Positions 10,769 through 20,137 of a stretch of DNA of 64,000 nucleotides are shown one piece after another. Positions within the stretch are counted from its first letter, which is position 1, and each line of letters begins with the position of its first letter. The stretch is from Limisphaerales bacterium (GTDB lineage Bacteria > Verrucomicrobiota > Verrucomicrobiia > Limisphaerales > JAJOIW01), in the NCBI GenBank assembly GCA_965657355.1, contig CBFHOE010000004.1, forward strand, positions 47,537-111,536, given 5' to 3'. The notes beneath the pieces are model-generated. The model saw nothing but the letters and a program-made list of their open reading frames with translations. It was not told where the DNA came from and searched no databases. A program made the translations under genes and the position numbers.

Positions 10769-11896
10769 TTATTTAGATTGAAAATATTCGTCAATGGTAT
10801 CTACAACGTATTCCTGTTGCTCCAATGTCAGTTCCGGATAAATGGGTATGGCCAGACTTGATTTTGCGTTTATTTCAGATACGGGCATTGAATTTTCCTC
10901 ATAACCCAGGTCCCTGAAGCACTCCTGAAGATGCAAGGGTACCGGGTAATAAATTTCTGTCCCCACATCAGCAGATTTTAAATACTCTCGAAGTGCATCT
11001 CTGTGTGATTCTCCCGTGATTATGACAAATTGATTGTACGAATGCCTCCCATGAATTTCCATGGGAAGTCGGACGCTTCCATTATTAACTAAATTTTTTG
11101 CCTCAAATAAGGATTTATAGGTTTTCGCATTAGCGCGTCTTTTATCTATCCAATTTTCTAAATGGGGAAGTTTTGCGCCTATGACAGCTGCTTGAATGGC
11201 ATCAAGTCTAAAGTTGCCTCCTATCATTGAATGATAATATTTTGGTGACGAGCCGTGAACTCTTAGTTTTTTGAGTTTCTGATATTTTTCCTCTGACTGA
11301 GTAGTAATTAGACCGCCATCACCAGCTCCTCCTAGATTTTTACTTGGGAAGAAAGAAAAGCAGCCGTAATCGCCAAAAGTGCCTGCATGCCGATCCCCAT
11401 TTCTTGCCCCCAATGCTTGCGCGGCGTCTTCAATGACTAATAGGCCGTATTTTTTAGCTAAATGTAAAATTGGTTCGATGTCCGCCAGTTGGCCATACAA
11501 ATGAACAGGTATAATGGCTTTTGTCCTCTCGGTGATCTTTTCCTCTATATTGCGAGGACAAATATTAAATGAGTCTTTATCAATATCGACAAACACAGGC
11601 TTAGCCCCCAAACGCGCAACCGATCCGCCGGTGGAAAAAAATGTGTATGGAGAAGTAATAACTTCATCTCCCGGGCCAATACCCTCTGCCATTAAAGATA
11701 ATAACAAGGCATCTGTGCCGGATGAAACTCCAACGGAATATGCGCTTCCTGTGTAATCATTAAGTGCATCTTCACAGGAACTCACTTTAGGCCCCATGAT
11801 AAAATATTGGGATTCCATTACTTCGGCAATGTTGTCATCAACAGCTCTTTTAATGGATTGATATTGGGCTTTTAAATCAAGTAGAGGAACTTTCAT
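10769..11896 (-). CDS. DegT-family sugar aminotransferase (WbpE/GnnB-like)
   Basis: SGTDAL, PVHLYGQ, IEDAAQA, FSFFPSKNLGGAGDGG, IYYPVPLHLQ. Confidence 0.93.
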   Translation of the reverse strand: MKVPLLDLKAQYQSIKRAVDDNIAEVMESQYFIMGPKVSSCEDALNDYTGSAYSVGVSSGTDALLLSLMAEGIGPGDEVITSPYTFFSTGGSVARLGAKPVFVDIDKDSFNICPRNIEEKITERTKAIIPVHLYGQLADIEPILHLAKKYGLLVIEDAAQALGARNGDRHAGTFGDYGCFSFFPSKNLGGAGDGGLITTQSEEKYQKLKKLRVHGSSPKYYHSMIGGNFRLDAIQAAVIGAKLPHLENWIDKRRANAKTYKSLFEAKNLVNNGSVRLPMEIHGRHSYNQFVIITGESHRDALREYLKSADVGTEIYYPVPLHLQECFRDLGYEENSMPVSEINAKSSLAIPIYPELTLEQQEYVVDTIDEYFQSK

Positions 11897-11921
11897 TATT
11901 TATAGGAACGGTAATTTATTT

Positions 11922-12572
11922 TTAACCTTTGAAGTCGTCGTAGGATTTTGTGCCGGTCGTAAGGTTTGTAGGAAGTGGGGTATCCTCATCAATTGACAGG
12001 CACTTCATACCTGCGGTGCCGATCTGATATTCGAATTTGGATTCAGGGCAGATATATTTTCCATCTGCATTTGGTGTAAGTTTATGTCCGTGTCTTGACA
12101 TCCAACCAAATTGTTTCCCTGGTACGCCCATAATAAGACCATAATTAGGAACATCATTTGTCACTACGGCACCTGCGGCAATGAATGCATATTTTCCAAT
12201 CGTGACGCCACAAACGATGGTGGCATTTGCGCCAATTGAAGCTCCTCGCCCGATTAGAGTCTTTTCGTAGAGAGATTTCCTGACAATTTGAGATCTCGGA
12301 TTCGAAACGTTTGTGAGGACACATGATGGACCGAGAAAAACTTCATCTTCTATAATAGTGCCAGCGTATATGCTGACATTGTTTTGAACTTTGACGCCAT
12401 TTCCGATGATTACACCAGAAGCGACCATCGTATTTTGGCCAAAGGAGCAATTGGTTCCAATTTTGGTGTCTTTACAGATATGAGAAAAATGCCAAATTTT
12501 GGTGCCGTTTCCTATCGAGGCCGGCTGGTCTATGATTGCTGTGGGATGGACTTCGTATGGGTCTGCATTCAT
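11922..12572 (-). CDS. Hexapeptide-repeat N-acetyltransferase (WbpD/WlbB-like)
   Basis: IGNGTKIWHFSHI, VKVQNNVSIY, GPSCVLTNVSNPRS, IGANATIVCG. Confidence 0.92.
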   Translation of the reverse strand: MNADPYEVHPTAIIDQPASIGNGTKIWHFSHICKDTKIGTNCSFGQNTMVASGVIIGNGVKVQNNVSIYAGTIIEDEVFLGPSCVLTNVSNPRSQIVRKSLYEKTLIGRGASIGANATIVCGVTIGKYAFIAAGAVVTNDVPNYGLIMGVPGKQFGWMSRHGHKLTPNADGKYICPESKFEYQIGTAGMKCLSIDEDTPLPTNLTTGTKSYDDFKG

Positions 12573-12586
12573 GAAGTGAGTTTATG

Positions 12587-13583
12587 TCATTTGTTTTTTA
12601 GTTCTACAGGAAGTCCATTAGTGCCGATTGATTCCTGGCAGGCCTGAAGCACTCTAAGGACTTGAACGCCTGAGATGCCATCCGTGAGAGGATTTCTCCG
12701 TCGATTTGATGCATTCAAGAAATTCTTTGCATTCTTCTTTTAATGGTTCGAGTGCTGGTATTTCTACGGGTATTTCTGCTTTTTTAAAAGGAATGTCAGC
12801 TGCCTCGGTGACTCTAACATGCTGGTCGTATAAGATCAGTTTTTTGGTAGATAATACATCATTAAAAACAGCCATTTTTTCATCCCCTATAATCACCATT
12901 CTCTGCTCCTTGAATGGGTTTAACCAACTCACGAAGATGTGCCCATTTACGTTATTGGGAAACTCTAAATTCGTCATGGTGACATCGGCAACTTCAGGGT
13001 TGAGATAGGTTGATGCCTTGCAAGCTACCTTTTCGGGGATAGTATCGGCCAGTCGCAATAAGACCGCAACATCATGAGGAGCAAAGCTCCATAAGGCATT
13101 TTCTTCGCGGCGAATCTTGCCAAAATTTAGTCGGTTGGAATAAAGATAGCGGATCTTGCCGAGCACTCCATTGGCTATGAGGCTTTTCAATGAGAGAATT
13201 GCTGGATGGTATTCCAACAAGTGGCCTACCATCAGAATACGGTTTTCTTCTTGCGCGCACCTGACCATCTCGAGCCCCTCGTCTACTGAAAGTGCCATGG
13301 GTTTTTCAACCAATACATCTTTTCCATTTCTCATGGCATCTATGGCCATTGATTTGTGAAGTGGAGCAGGGGTTGCAATAGCCACGCCGTGAATATCTGG
13401 GTCATCCAAAATTTCATCAAAATTCGAGGTGGTTTTTACATCGGGTGCTACGGATTGAGCCACTTCGAGGTTTTCGGGATTGGCGTCACAGACTTTCCTC
13501 AAAACGCCAAGTTCTTTGAAATTTCTGACCAGGTTTTTTCCCCAATACCCGGATCCTATAACTGCAATGTTTTGATTCAACAT
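12587..13583 (-). pseudogene. Gfo/Idh/MocA oxidoreductase (WbpB/GnnA-like) with an apparent 1-nt insertion near 12701; may be intact if this is a sequencing error
   Basis: GSGYWGKNL, EKPMA, LMVGH motifs. The track ORF ends at 12654 in an atypical tail; the shifted frame reads RRNPLTDGISGVQVLRVLQACQESIGTNGLPVELKNK* to 12587, the expected C-terminal helix. Confidence 0.8.
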
Positions 13584-13672
13584 CTTATATATTAAAAATT
13601 ATCAAAATTGCCCTTATAAATGAGAGAATAAAATTGAAATAAATCAGCAGTTGAGCTGGGTAATCGAGTGAT

Positions 13673-15763
13673 TCAACTCAAAGACTGCTTTTTCACAAGT
13701 TCACTGTAGAGTGCCGAGCAACTCATTAATGCATCGTGATTACCGATGGAGTCAATGGATCCATGATCCATGACCACAATTTTATCCGCATGTTTAACGG
13801 TGCTTAACCTATGGGCTATAATAAACGCCAATTTACCAGCAATTAGTTCTGACATCGCTTTCTGGACTTTTACCTCGTTTTCCGTATCCAGTGCTGAGGT
13901 CGCCTCATCAAAGATAATGATCGGAGCTTTTTTGAGAAAAGCACGAGCTATCGATATTCTTTGTTTTTGGCCACCAGACAGTGTGTTTCCTTTTTCGCCG
14001 ATTACTGTGTGGAATTTTTCAGGAAGACTATTTATGAATTCAAGTGCTTGGGCATTTTTTGCTGCTTCAGAAATTTCCACTTCAGTGGCGTTTAGGTTTC
14101 CAAGTCTTATGTTGTTCTCAATTGTATCATTAAACAAGACGGTATCCTGAGAAACTAAAGAAATATTTTCCCTGAGTTCTGCCAAATTAAAGTTTTTGAT
14201 GTCTTGGCCATTGATTAAAATTCTCCCTTTTTTGGGATCATAGAAACGACAAAGCAGTTGGATTAGTGTCGTTTTTCCAGCTCCACTTGGCCCGACTATG
14301 GCAATGCTCTCTCCCATGGATGAATCCAAATTAACATCTGTTAATACGCCTGGACTGTGTGGTGTATATTCAAAATAGACATTTTGATAACCGACTTTGT
14401 CAATCTTATTTGGGAAAGCTTCTGGGTGCTCTGGTTGTTTTATCCCTATTGGCTGGTGGAGAATTTCTTCGATTCGATCCAGCGAAGCTAGGCCTTTTTT
14501 AATTTGGTTATGAATAGCACCAAGTTTTTTGATAGGCTCATAGGACAAATAAAGGGCCATGACGAGTGGCGTGAAATCTTCCAAGGTGATACCTTTGCCT
14601 GCTGCATAGTAAATAGCCATAGATATACCTATGGCACTTATGAACTCTATGGTCGGAGAAAGAAAGCTACTATACTTGACGATTTTCATCTGTTCTTTGA
14701 ACAGAGACTGAATCACTTGGGTGAATCTATTGGTTTCTCTATTTTGTAAATTAAAAGCTCTAACCTCTCTGTGTCCTGATAGATTCTCTTGCACCATTGC
14801 GGTCGCTTTACCTGTTTGGATCTGCATCTGAAGGGCTTTTTTGAGAAGTTTTTTTCCTGCAAACCGGATGGGGATGACACAAATTGGAATGATGGCTAGG
14901 CTGAAAAGGATGAATGCTATTTCCGATTGCTCAATTGACGTGTAGATCAAAAAGGCCATCGCCCCGATAAAAGTAATGGGTTGTTTTATAAGATCGTTGG
15001 CGACATTGACAACAGAGTGTTGGAGTTGTGTCGTATCATTGAATAATCTGCTCATCAGGTCGCCTTGAGGCTTATCTGTGAAAAATGAGATTTCCACCTC
15101 TTGCAATTTACTAAAGATTTTTTTTCTTATTTCTTCCAAGACCTTTAGGCCGGAAAAGTTAATAAGGTAAACGTTCATGAATCCACTAAAACCCCTTACT
15201 GCAAAAGTAATTGGAACAAGTCCCACAGCCAGCATTATCATTTGCCATTGGCTCAAATTCAGTGATTGGATAAGCTCAGAGGGGGAGAAGGAGGGCCTTC
15301 CTAATTTTTCTAGCTGTTCCTTGTTTTTCTTTTTAACAAATATTGGCCCAGAGATTTGTGCCATCTCTCCCGATTCTTTGGCGACCCAAATCGAATTCAT
15401 TTCCTCTTTGCTCAAAGAAATTCTTGGCGATTCTTTTGAGTCGGCAACTTTTACGGGAGTGGCAGTTTTGTGCGGTATAAAGTTTGATGGGAGCGCGTTG
15501 GTCACGATGCCCACTTCTTTTGTATACCAGCCATTTTTCCATTCCAATGCACCCATAGAACCATCTTTTAGCCTGATAAAATAATGTTTTTCAGAGGTAT
15601 GTAGATCTCCTGAAAAAATCAATGGGAAGATGGTTTTGGTCATGAATGGGAGGCCGAATCCACTCGAAATACCGTAAAGAATTCCAAAGCACACCGCCCC
15701 GACAAAGGGCCCTTTTACATGCTTGATCAGTTTGAAATATGGTCTCAGTCTTGGATGAATCAT
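13673..15763 (-). CDS. msbA: MsbA-like ABC exporter (fused permease + ATPase) with a large insertion after TM1
   Basis: GPSGAGKTT, LSGGQKQRISIARA, FDEATSALD, IAHRLST; adjacent to a lipid A acyltransferase. Confidence 0.8.
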   Translation of the reverse strand: MIHPRLRPYFKLIKHVKGPFVGAVCFGILYGISSGFGLPFMTKTIFPLIFSGDLHTSEKHYFIRLKDGSMGALEWKNGWYTKEVGIVTNALPSNFIPHKTATPVKVADSKESPRISLSKEEMNSIWVAKESGEMAQISGPIFVKKKNKEQLEKLGRPSFSPSELIQSLNLSQWQMIMLAVGLVPITFAVRGFSGFMNVYLINFSGLKVLEEIRKKIFSKLQEVEISFFTDKPQGDLMSRLFNDTTQLQHSVVNVANDLIKQPITFIGAMAFLIYTSIEQSEIAFILFSLAIIPICVIPIRFAGKKLLKKALQMQIQTGKATAMVQENLSGHREVRAFNLQNRETNRFTQVIQSLFKEQMKIVKYSSFLSPTIEFISAIGISMAIYYAAGKGITLEDFTPLVMALYLSYEPIKKLGAIHNQIKKGLASLDRIEEILHQPIGIKQPEHPEAFPNKIDKVGYQNVYFEYTPHSPGVLTDVNLDSSMGESIAIVGPSGAGKTTLIQLLCRFYDPKKGRILINGQDIKNFNLAELRENISLVSQDTVLFNDTIENNIRLGNLNATEVEISEAAKNAQALEFINSLPEKFHTVIGEKGNTLSGGQKQRISIARAFLKKAPIIIFDEATSALDTENEVKVQKAMSELIAGKLAFIIAHRLSTVKHADKIVVMDHGSIDSIGNHDALMSCSALYSELVKKQSLS

Positions 15764-15792
15764 CCTGGTCTAATTAAAATCTCTAGAAATGT

Positions 15793-17688
15793 TTATGAAG
15801 TTGTTTCAACAGGTTCTTGCAATGTGTCTCTTTCCTGGGGGCACATGTAATGATTAAGAAAGGTTTCAAATTTACTTTTGCAAGCATCTCTTTGTGACTC
15901 ATCCCATGTGAGACTGTGTATGTTCATCTTACTATTAAAATTTAAAGAGGTGGTGATTTCAGGGAAAAATTCAATGTTTTCTGTTTTTTGATTTTTAATA
16001 AATAAGCCGTTTAAACCATAAGCTCGAGTGAGCAAAATCCAGCTGAGCTTGTCAGATATGACAGTCGTTTTTTTGATTTTGAAGTTCGTAAAGATCTCAG
16101 GCCAAAGAAGGGCAGTAGGGACAGGTTCTGGTTTTAAAAACCTCAATGTGTGAATTTTTAAATTTGGGGATCGCTGCCTTAGAATAGAAATAACAGATTT
16201 TTCAATTCTTGTATTGTTTATGATTACGTATGCTGCTTCGTTGTTAATATTTTTTTCACTGGCTGGAATGACCATTCTGTCAAGGCTTAGCTTGTTATCT
16301 TCCAGTCCCATATATTTTCCCAGTTTTATATATTTTGTAAAATATTTATCAAAGTTCGTCTTTGGGATTTCAGCGTTTCCTATTGGCGCCCTGTGGTGAA
16401 ATAATCGGCTTCCTTTATTGCAATCCATGCCTACTGTTTGTGGGGACCCTAAGGAGATTGATTCGATAGCAGTTTTGTTGTTTTTTTGTAAAATAATAAC
16501 AGTGTCAGGATTCTGTTCTCTCCATTTCATGTGCTGTCGCCATTTGCTTATAAATGGGATTTTTAATCGAAGATATTTCACGTCCAAATCCAAATGAGAA
16601 AGGATCCATCCACCGTATTCTGGACCTATGAGCGTGACCTCTGCGTCTGGCCTACCTTTTATGACTGCATGAACAAAAAATAAACCTTGAACAAATTCAT
16701 CAAATTCAAAAGGCATGCGAATCCAAATTTTCGTTTTTTGGGGTAGCTTCTCCCATCCGAATAATGCCATCTGACGCCTTATGAGGGAGCGTTTGTGATT
16801 CAGATTCAGTCTTTGGTTTATCTTATTGTGTATCCTCCATCTGTCATGAACCCATAGCCAATCTTGAGCAAGCTCTTTGTTTTCTATAAGGTAGTCATCA
16901 AAGGCTTTATTTCCTAAAAGAGTGATATCAGCTGAATCGGTGTATTGATGGACGGGAATAGTATCAATCTGGCATTTCATGAAACTTACCCTTCTTGCGA
17001 CAACAAGATAAACATCTGCGTGACTTTCCTTTGCTAAAATTGCTGGTAGCTCAGTGGCTGAAGTCAGTCTGCCCTGGGACATCATGAGTGTTCCTGTCCC
17101 TCCCGCTCTTTGATCAAACAAAACTCCAACTGAGCCATTATTTTTTAATATGTTTCTCGCCTCCTGAAATCCCTTTTTTCTCGAAAGTAGCCTGAATCCA
17201 TTTCTTTCTCTGGATTGCTTGATCCAGTCATCTAGTGCCTTTTGATTTAGGGGTCTGAAAATGGCTCCAATCTCACCTATAAAATCTCTTTCTAATACCG
17301 ATTTTACATGAGGAATCATCTCAACATAACAGTAATGAGGGGTGAGGAAAATCTTTGGTCTCGGTGGCCCGTCATTCCATTCTTTAATCAACGACAAAGT
17401 CTTTTTAGACAGGGACAATCTCTTTTTGAATTTGATATTATTCCAAAATGGACTCGTAAGAGCAAAGAGTGCCATTTCCGTAGTCCTTATGAACGAGGTT
17501 CTAATTGTCTTTTTGCGCCATGCATAACTTTCGTTAGGAAAAGTTTTGGAAATATTTCTGAAGGCTATTTGAAACCTTTTAGGCATGATGCTTCGCCAAG
17601 CAAATCCGGCGACGCCGCACAATACCCTTAATATGGGATCAGGAAGTTTCGAGAGACTCCATCCAAAACATTTTATGAAAATGATCAT
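15793..17688 (-). CDS. Lipid A late acyltransferase (LpxL/HtrB family) fused to a degenerate GT9 heptosyltransferase-like domain
   Basis: N-half has HYCYVE (Hx4E), IFRPLNQ, LFDQ, WLWVHDRWR. C-half begins IWIRMP...GRPDAEVTL, resembling a GT9 N-terminus. Confidence 0.75.
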   Translation of the reverse strand: MIIFIKCFGWSLSKLPDPILRVLCGVAGFAWRSIMPKRFQIAFRNISKTFPNESYAWRKKTIRTSFIRTTEMALFALTSPFWNNIKFKKRLSLSKKTLSLIKEWNDGPPRPKIFLTPHYCYVEMIPHVKSVLERDFIGEIGAIFRPLNQKALDDWIKQSRERNGFRLLSRKKGFQEARNILKNNGSVGVLFDQRAGGTGTLMMSQGRLTSATELPAILAKESHADVYLVVARRVSFMKCQIDTIPVHQYTDSADITLLGNKAFDDYLIENKELAQDWLWVHDRWRIHNKINQRLNLNHKRSLIRRQMALFGWEKLPQKTKIWIRMPFEFDEFVQGLFFVHAVIKGRPDAEVTLIGPEYGGWILSHLDLDVKYLRLKIPFISKWRQHMKWREQNPDTVIILQKNNKTAIESISLGSPQTVGMDCNKGSRLFHHRAPIGNAEIPKTNFDKYFTKYIKLGKYMGLEDNKLSLDRMVIPASEKNINNEAAYVIINNTRIEKSVISILRQRSPNLKIHTLRFLKPEPVPTALLWPEIFTNFKIKKTTVISDKLSWILLTRAYGLNGLFIKNQKTENIEFFPEITTSLNFNSKMNIHSLTWDESQRDACKSKFETFLNHYMCPQERDTLQEPVETTS

Positions 17689-17732
17689 CTAATGGATGGC
17701 GGTGTCTTTTGTTTGATTGACATGAAAATTCG

Positions 17733-18155
17733 TTACTTGGTCTCAGTCTTTCGAAATTCTTTAACTATATCAGGCCTTGACTCCAAATAGTCCGATAGGC
17801 TTTTCAATGCAGATATGGTTTCTTCACTCAAATGATGCTCTAGTCCCTCGATGTCCCGTTCTTGCGTTTTTTGAGAAACTCCTATACCTGACAAAAACCG
17901 TATAAGTATTCTATGCCGTATCTGAATGTTTTCGGCAATGGTTTTCCCTTCTTGCGTCAGAGTCAAGCCACGGTATTTTTCATAATTGACCAGGCCAGAC
18001 GATGCCATTTTCTGTACCATAGATGTCACCGATGGCTGGCTAATTCCTAGCTCTTCGGCAATATCTACGGCTCTTGCATAGCCTTTCTCTTGAATTAACT
18101 CATATATTCTCTCCAAATAATCCTGTTCCGAAATGGATGCTTTTTTTCGAGTCAT
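17733..18155 (-). CDS. mntR: DtxR/MntR family metal-dependent repressor
   Basis: EQDYLERIYEL, GYARAVDIA, PSVTSMVQK, RHRIL, DIEGLEHHLS. Confidence 0.93.
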   Translation of the reverse strand: MTRKKASISEQDYLERIYELIQEKGYARAVDIAEELGISQPSVTSMVQKMASSGLVNYEKYRGLTLTQEGKTIAENIQIRHRILIRFLSGIGVSQKTQERDIEGLEHHLSEETISALKSLSDYLESRPDIVKEFRKTETK

Positions 18156-18161
18156 AAGAAA

Positions 18162-18179
18162 TGTTAAGTATGGCTAACA
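18162..18179. promoter_or_regulatory. Candidate MntR/DtxR operator (TGTTA-N8-TAACA)
   Basis: 18-bp imperfect palindrome TGTTAAGTATGGCTAACA, 6 bp upstream of the mntR start in the divergent mntR/troA spacer. Confidence 0.55.
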
Positions 18180-18221
18180 AAATTCAGTATGCAATAAAAA
18201 ATATTTTTTTACTAATACTTA

Positions 18222-18254
18222 TTGACACCATAAACTCTTACATAAAATTGTAAG
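18222..18254 (+). promoter_or_regulatory. Candidate sigma70 promoter for the metal ABC operon, overlapped by palindrome CTTACA-N6-TGTAAG
   Basis: TTGACA at 18222-18227 and TAAAAT at 18243-18248 (short 15-bp spacer); inverted repeat at 18237-18254 flanks the -10. Confidence 0.4.
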
Positions 18255-18259
18255 TGTGG

Positions 18260-19288
18260 ATGAAGTTTTTCATAGATAGTAAATCAAGTGTGATTTTTGC
18301 GAGGTCTTTTATTTTTTGTTTAGCGGTTTTTTTATTGGGCTACGGGTGTAAACCCGTGGGCTCACACAAGCCAGTGGAGGGCGACCCTGAAGCCAAAAAG
18401 GCTATTAAAGTCGTTGCAACAACGGGAATGATTAAAGATTTAGTTGAAAATATTGGAGGGGACCATGTTTCTGTAGTGGGGCTGATTGGATCCGGCGTAG
18501 ACCCACATCTTTACAAACCGACGATATCGGATGTTAAGAAACTGCAACAGGCAGAGTTCATATTTTATAATGGTCTAAAGCTTGAGGGAAAAATGGGTGA
18601 TATTCTCGAAAAGATTAAATCCGACGGGCGACGGACATACGCTGTGTGCGAAAATTTAACTGAGCTTGAAAAATATTTGATTGATGAAGGCGAGGGGCAT
18701 GTGGATCCGCATGTTTGGATGGATGTCAACGGATGGATGGCTGCAGCTGATGTTGTCGCCAGGGCACTAGCTGATCATTATCCAGATTTAAAAAATGATT
18801 TTGTTGCTTCGTCCAAAATATATAAAACTGAATTAGAGGCCTTGAATGCTTATTGCCGAGTCTCTCTAAGCTCCATTCCTGAGTCTCAAAGAATACTGGT
18901 GACCGCTCATGATGCTTTTAACTACATGGCCCGTGCTTATGGGCTTTCGGTGAGGGGAATTCAAGGAATAAGTACGGAATCAGAAGCGGGTGTTAGAGAG
19001 ATCGAGGATCTCGTAGATTTTTTAGTAGAGTCCAAGATTCCAGCTGTATTTGTTGAATCTTCAGTTTCTGACAAAAACGTAAAGGCATTAATCGAAGGAG
19101 CCGAAGCAAAGAAATGGCAAGTTGAGATTGGTGGAGAGTTGTTTTCTGACGCCATGGGCATAGAAGGAACTTATCGCGGAACATATATTGGAATGATTGA
19201 CCATAATATCACGACCATAACTCGATCATTGGGCGGCGAAGCTCCTGAGTCTGGTTTAAATGGAAAATTAAAGACTTCTACCGAATAA
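18260..19288 (+). CDS. Mn/Zn/Fe ABC transporter substrate-binding lipoprotein (TroA/YtgA-like)
   Basis: GVDPHLY, DPHVWMD, TAHDAFNY, GELFSDAMG metal-ligand motifs; GYGC lipobox-like. Confidence 0.95.
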   Translation: MKFFIDSKSSVIFARSFIFCLAVFLLGYGCKPVGSHKPVEGDPEAKKAIKVVATTGMIKDLVENIGGDHVSVVGLIGSGVDPHLYKPTISDVKKLQQAEFIFYNGLKLEGKMGDILEKIKSDGRRTYAVCENLTELEKYLIDEGEGHVDPHVWMDVNGWMAAADVVARALADHYPDLKNDFVASSKIYKTELEALNAYCRVSLSSIPESQRILVTAHDAFNYMARAYGLSVRGIQGISTESEAGVREIEDLVDFLVESKIPAVFVESSVSDKNVKALIEGAEAKKWQVEIGGELFSDAMGIEGTYRGTYIGMIDHNITTITRSLGGEAPESGLNGKLKTSTE

Positions 19289-19314
19289 AATTAAGCTTCA
19301 CTGATTGTTTAAAT

Positions 19315-20127
19315 TTGAAAAAATTCCTTGATCCAAAGAAGTTAGAAATTACTGGTGACGAGCATCCGGTCGAAGCTCCGCTAGCGGTTCATGATCTTAC
19401 TGTATCTTACAATAATAAACCTGTCCTATGGGATGTAGATCTTAATATTCCACCCGGTAAACTGGTGGCTATAGTTGGGCCTAATGGGGCAGGAAAAAGT
19501 ACTCTACTGAAAGCAGCGATAGACTTAGTCCCTAAAACTACGGGCGAGGTTCTCGTTTTTGGAAGTCCATATGCCAACAGCAGGGATCGTGTTGGATATG
19601 TCCCGCAAAGAGAATCAGTGGATTGGGATTTCCCGATCAGTGCCTTGGAGGTTGTTTGTATGGGGCGGTACAAAAAAATTGGCTGGTTTAATAGGGTTAC
19701 TAGTGAGCACAAAAAGCATGCGCTTGATTGTTTGGAAAAAGTCGGTATCAAGCAACTGGCTAATAGGCAAATAAGCCAGCTTTCAGGTGGGCAGCAGCAA
19801 AGAGTGTTTTTGGCGAGGGCTTTGGCACAAGAAGCGGATCTTTATTTGATGGACGAACCTTTCAGCGCTGTTGATGCGGCTACTGAGATGGCAATAGTTG
19901 AGTTGTTACGCGAGTTAAAACGTACGGGGAAAACATGCGTCGTCGTGCATCACGACCTGGCTACTGTCTCACGATACTTTGACTGGCTGATTTTACTGAA
20001 TATGAGAGTTGTGGCCTCTGGTGCTGTAAATGCCACATTTACTCACGAGAATTTACATAAGACATACGGTGGTAAGTTAAATGTCTTAGTCGATGCGGCT
20101 GAGGCTCTTAGCAAAGTAGCAAAGTAA
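19315..20127 (+). CDS. Mn/Zn/Fe ABC transporter ATP-binding protein (TroB-like)
   Basis: GPNGAGKST, GYVPQRESVDWDFP, LSGGQQQRVFLARAL, VHHDL. Confidence 0.95.
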   Translation: MKKFLDPKKLEITGDEHPVEAPLAVHDLTVSYNNKPVLWDVDLNIPPGKLVAIVGPNGAGKSTLLKAAIDLVPKTTGEVLVFGSPYANSRDRVGYVPQRESVDWDFPISALEVVCMGRYKKIGWFNRVTSEHKKHALDCLEKVGIKQLANRQISQLSGGQQQRVFLARALAQEADLYLMDEPFSAVDAATEMAIVELLRELKRTGKTCVVVHHDLATVSRYFDWLILLNMRVVASGAVNATFTHENLHKTYGGKLNVLVDAAEALSKVAK

Positions 20128-20137
20128 ATTTCCGACG

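Noticed and set aside
18196..18210. AAAAAA-TAT-TTTTTT palindrome in the mntR spacer
   Set aside because: A/T-only low complexity; expected by chance in an AT-rich promoter.
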